NCBI GenBank assembly: GCA_965225945.1 | Contig: CBDDBZ010000031.1 | Coordinates: 64,001-128,000 of the forward strand | Reading direction: 5' to 3' | Source of the DNA: Alphaproteobacteria bacterium | GTDB taxonomy: Bacteria > Pseudomonadota > Alphaproteobacteria > GCA-2731375 | DNA: 64,000 nt | Shown: piece by piece, positions 62,200 through 64,000 of the stretch | Layout: each line of letters opens with the position of its first letter | Numbering within the stretch: the stretch's first letter is position 1 | The notes under the pieces: model-generated | Databases searched by the model: none | Told to the model about the DNA's origin: nothing | What the model saw: only the letters and a program-made list of their open reading frames with translations | Position numbers and translations under genes: made by a program

Positions 62200-63426
62200 T
62201 CAGTCTCCCGCTTGCCTGAGTGCCTCGGCCTCGTCGTCGATCAGCGCGCCCGAGGCGGCCATCTCACGAAGCGCCGCCTCGTCGTAGCCGAGCTCGCGCA
62301 GCACCTCGCGGCCGTGTTCGCCAAAGCGCGGCGCGTGGCTTCGGATGGCGCCCGGCGACTTGGCGAACCTGACCGGCGAGCGCACCAGGATGGTCTCGCC
62401 CTCGCTCGGATGCAGGTGCTTCTCGAACATGCCGACGGCTTTCAGGTGTTCATCGTCCATCAGGTCCTCGATGTCGATCAGCGGCATCGAGGGAATCCCC
62501 GCCTCCTCGCAGAGCGCGACCCATTCCGCCGTGGTCTTGCTCGGCGTACACTCCGCGATGAAGCCATAGAGATCGTCGACGCTGGCGATGCGGGCGCGGT
62601 AGGTGGCGAAGCGCGGATCCTCCATCAGCTCGAGCCGGCCCACGGCGTCGAAGAAGCCGCGCCACTGCTTGTCGCTGTAGGGCAGGATGCAGACGTGGCC
62701 GTCCTTGGTCGGAAACGGCCGGCGGGCCGGCGTCACCACCCGCTGATAGCCCAGCGTGCCGATCGGCGGCTGGTAGGCGCAGCCGTTCAGATGCTCCACC
62801 ATGTTGAACGAGACCAGGGTCTCCAGCATCGGCACCTCGACGAACTGGCCCTCGCCCGTCCGCTCCTTGTGCAGCAGCGCCATGGCCACCGCCTGGCTCA
62901 AGGTCAGGCCGACGATCTTGTCGGCGATCGCGCTCGGCACGTAGCGGGCCTGGCCGTCCTGGCGCTTGAACAGGCTCGCCAGGCCGGAGGCCGCCTGGAT
63001 CGCGTCGTCATAGGCGGGCTTGGCCTTGTAGGGGCCGTCCTGACCGAAGCCGTAGGCGCCGACATAGACGATGTCGGGCTTGATCGCCGCCACCGCGTCA
63101 TAGTCGAAGCCGAGGCGGGCGATCGCCGCCGGCCGCATGTTGTGGACAAGCACGTCGGCGGTCGGGATCAGGCGGCGGAGCGCCTCCTTCGCCGTGTCCT
63201 GCTTCAGGTCGATCGCGAGGCTGCGCTTGTTGCGGTTGGCGTTCAGAAAGATCCCGCCCATCCCGGCGTTGCGCACGGTGCCCATGTTGCGGGCGATATC
63301 GCCGCCGGGCGGCGCCTCCACCTTGATCACGTCGGCGCCCATGTCGCCCAGGATCTGGGTGCCGTAGGGACCGAGCAGCACGGTGGTGATATCGATGACT
63401 CGAATGCCGTCGAGGGGACCGGGCAC
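62200..63426 (-). CDS. CaiB/BaiF family III CoA transferase
   Basis: LGDMGADVIKVE, NRNKRS, PAYDD.IQA, APRFGEH. Confidence 0.93.
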   Translation of the reverse strand: MPGPLDGIRVIDITTVLLGPYGTQILGDMGADVIKVEAPPGGDIARNMGTVRNAGMGGIFLNANRNKRSLAIDLKQDTAKEALRRLIPTADVLVHNMRPAAIARLGFDYDAVAAIKPDIVYVGAYGFGQDGPYKAKPAYDDAIQAASGLASLFKRQDGQARYVPSAIADKIVGLTLSQAVAMALLHKERTGEGQFVEVPMLETLVSFNMVEHLNGCAYQPPIGTLGYQRVVTPARRPFPTKDGHVCILPYSDKQWRGFFDAVGRLELMEDPRFATYRARIASVDDLYGFIAECTPSKTTAEWVALCEEAGIPSMPLIDIEDLMDDEHLKAVGMFEKHLHPSEGETILVRSPVRFAKSPGAIRSHAPRFGEHGREVLRELGYDEAALREMAASGALIDDEAEALRQAGD

Positions 63427-63450
63427 GTTTTCTCCCTTACGTTCTGGGTC

Positions 63451-64000
63451 TCAGTAGGATCGCGGCAGGTCGAGGACCCGCTCGGCGATGTAATTCAGGA
63501 TCATCTCGCGGCTGACCGGCGCGATGCGGGCGATGAAGATCTCGCGCAGGAAACGCTCGACGTCGAATTCCTTGGCGTAGCCCATGCCGCCGTGGGTCAG
63601 GACGGCGGTCTCGCAGGCGGAGAAGCCGGCCTCGGCGCCGAGATATTTGGCCGCGTTCGCCTCGGCCCCGCATTCCTCGCCGGCATCGTAGAGCGCGGCC
63701 GCCTTGTAAGCGATCAACTCGGCGGCCGCCAGTTCCGTCCAGGACTTGGCGAGGGGATGCTGGATCGCCTGGTTCTGGCCGATCGGGCGGCCGAAGACCT
63801 CGCGCTCGCGGGCGTAAGCCACCGCGCGCTCCAACGCCACCTGGCCAATCCCCACCGCTTCCACAGCCACCAGTACGCGTTCCGGGTTGAGGCCGTGCAG
63901 CAGATAGCGAAAGCCCTTGCCCTCCTCGCCGACCAGGTCCTCGTCCGGGATCGGCAGGCCGTCGATGAAGACCGCGTTGGTGTCCACCGCCATCCGGCCC
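63451..64000 (-). CDS. Acyl-CoA dehydrogenase, C-terminal part
   Basis: R.VFGRPIGQNQ, THGGMGY, LPRSY. Confidence 0.9.
   Translation of the reverse strand, partial: GRMAVDTNAVFIDGLPIPDEDLVGEEGKGFRYLLHGLNPERVLVAVEAVGIGQVALERAVAYAREREVFGRPIGQNQAIQHPLAKSWTELAAAELIAYKAAALYDAGEECGAEANAAKYLGAEAGFSACETAVLTHGGMGYAKEFDVERFLREIFIARIAPVSREMILNYIAERVLDLPRSY

Overview
High-GC, alphaproteobacterial-looking DNA (asd, bolA, many acyl-CoA, SDR and aromatic catabolism genes), heavily invaded by insertion sequences (IS1595 x3, IS66 x2, IS21, IS256 x4, IS630 x2, one IS481/IS3-like) and showing much gene decay. The most striking unexplained structure is at 13.95-21.1 kb. Four collinear, directly oriented ~115-bp repeats (one split by a nested IS256-in-IS256 with an 8-bp target duplication) bracket three single, unrelated genes: a 103-aa protein, an SDR-adenylate cyclase fusion and a multi-wHTH protein. 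Each repeat has a 28-bp imperfect palindrome, an IHF-like box and usually a TATACT box. This looks like a site-specific gene-cassette array that is neither attC nor CRISPR. Other points of interest: an RloA/RloB-like defence pair; a palindromic element that rebuilt the start of a Sel1 gene; a duplicated 'secreted protein / SARP-TPR regulator' module; a tyrosine recombinase with a perfect 16-6-16 site; and an amtB-PII-glnA block with a divergent PII, bracketed by a partial duplication. All calls were made by eye with no database searches.
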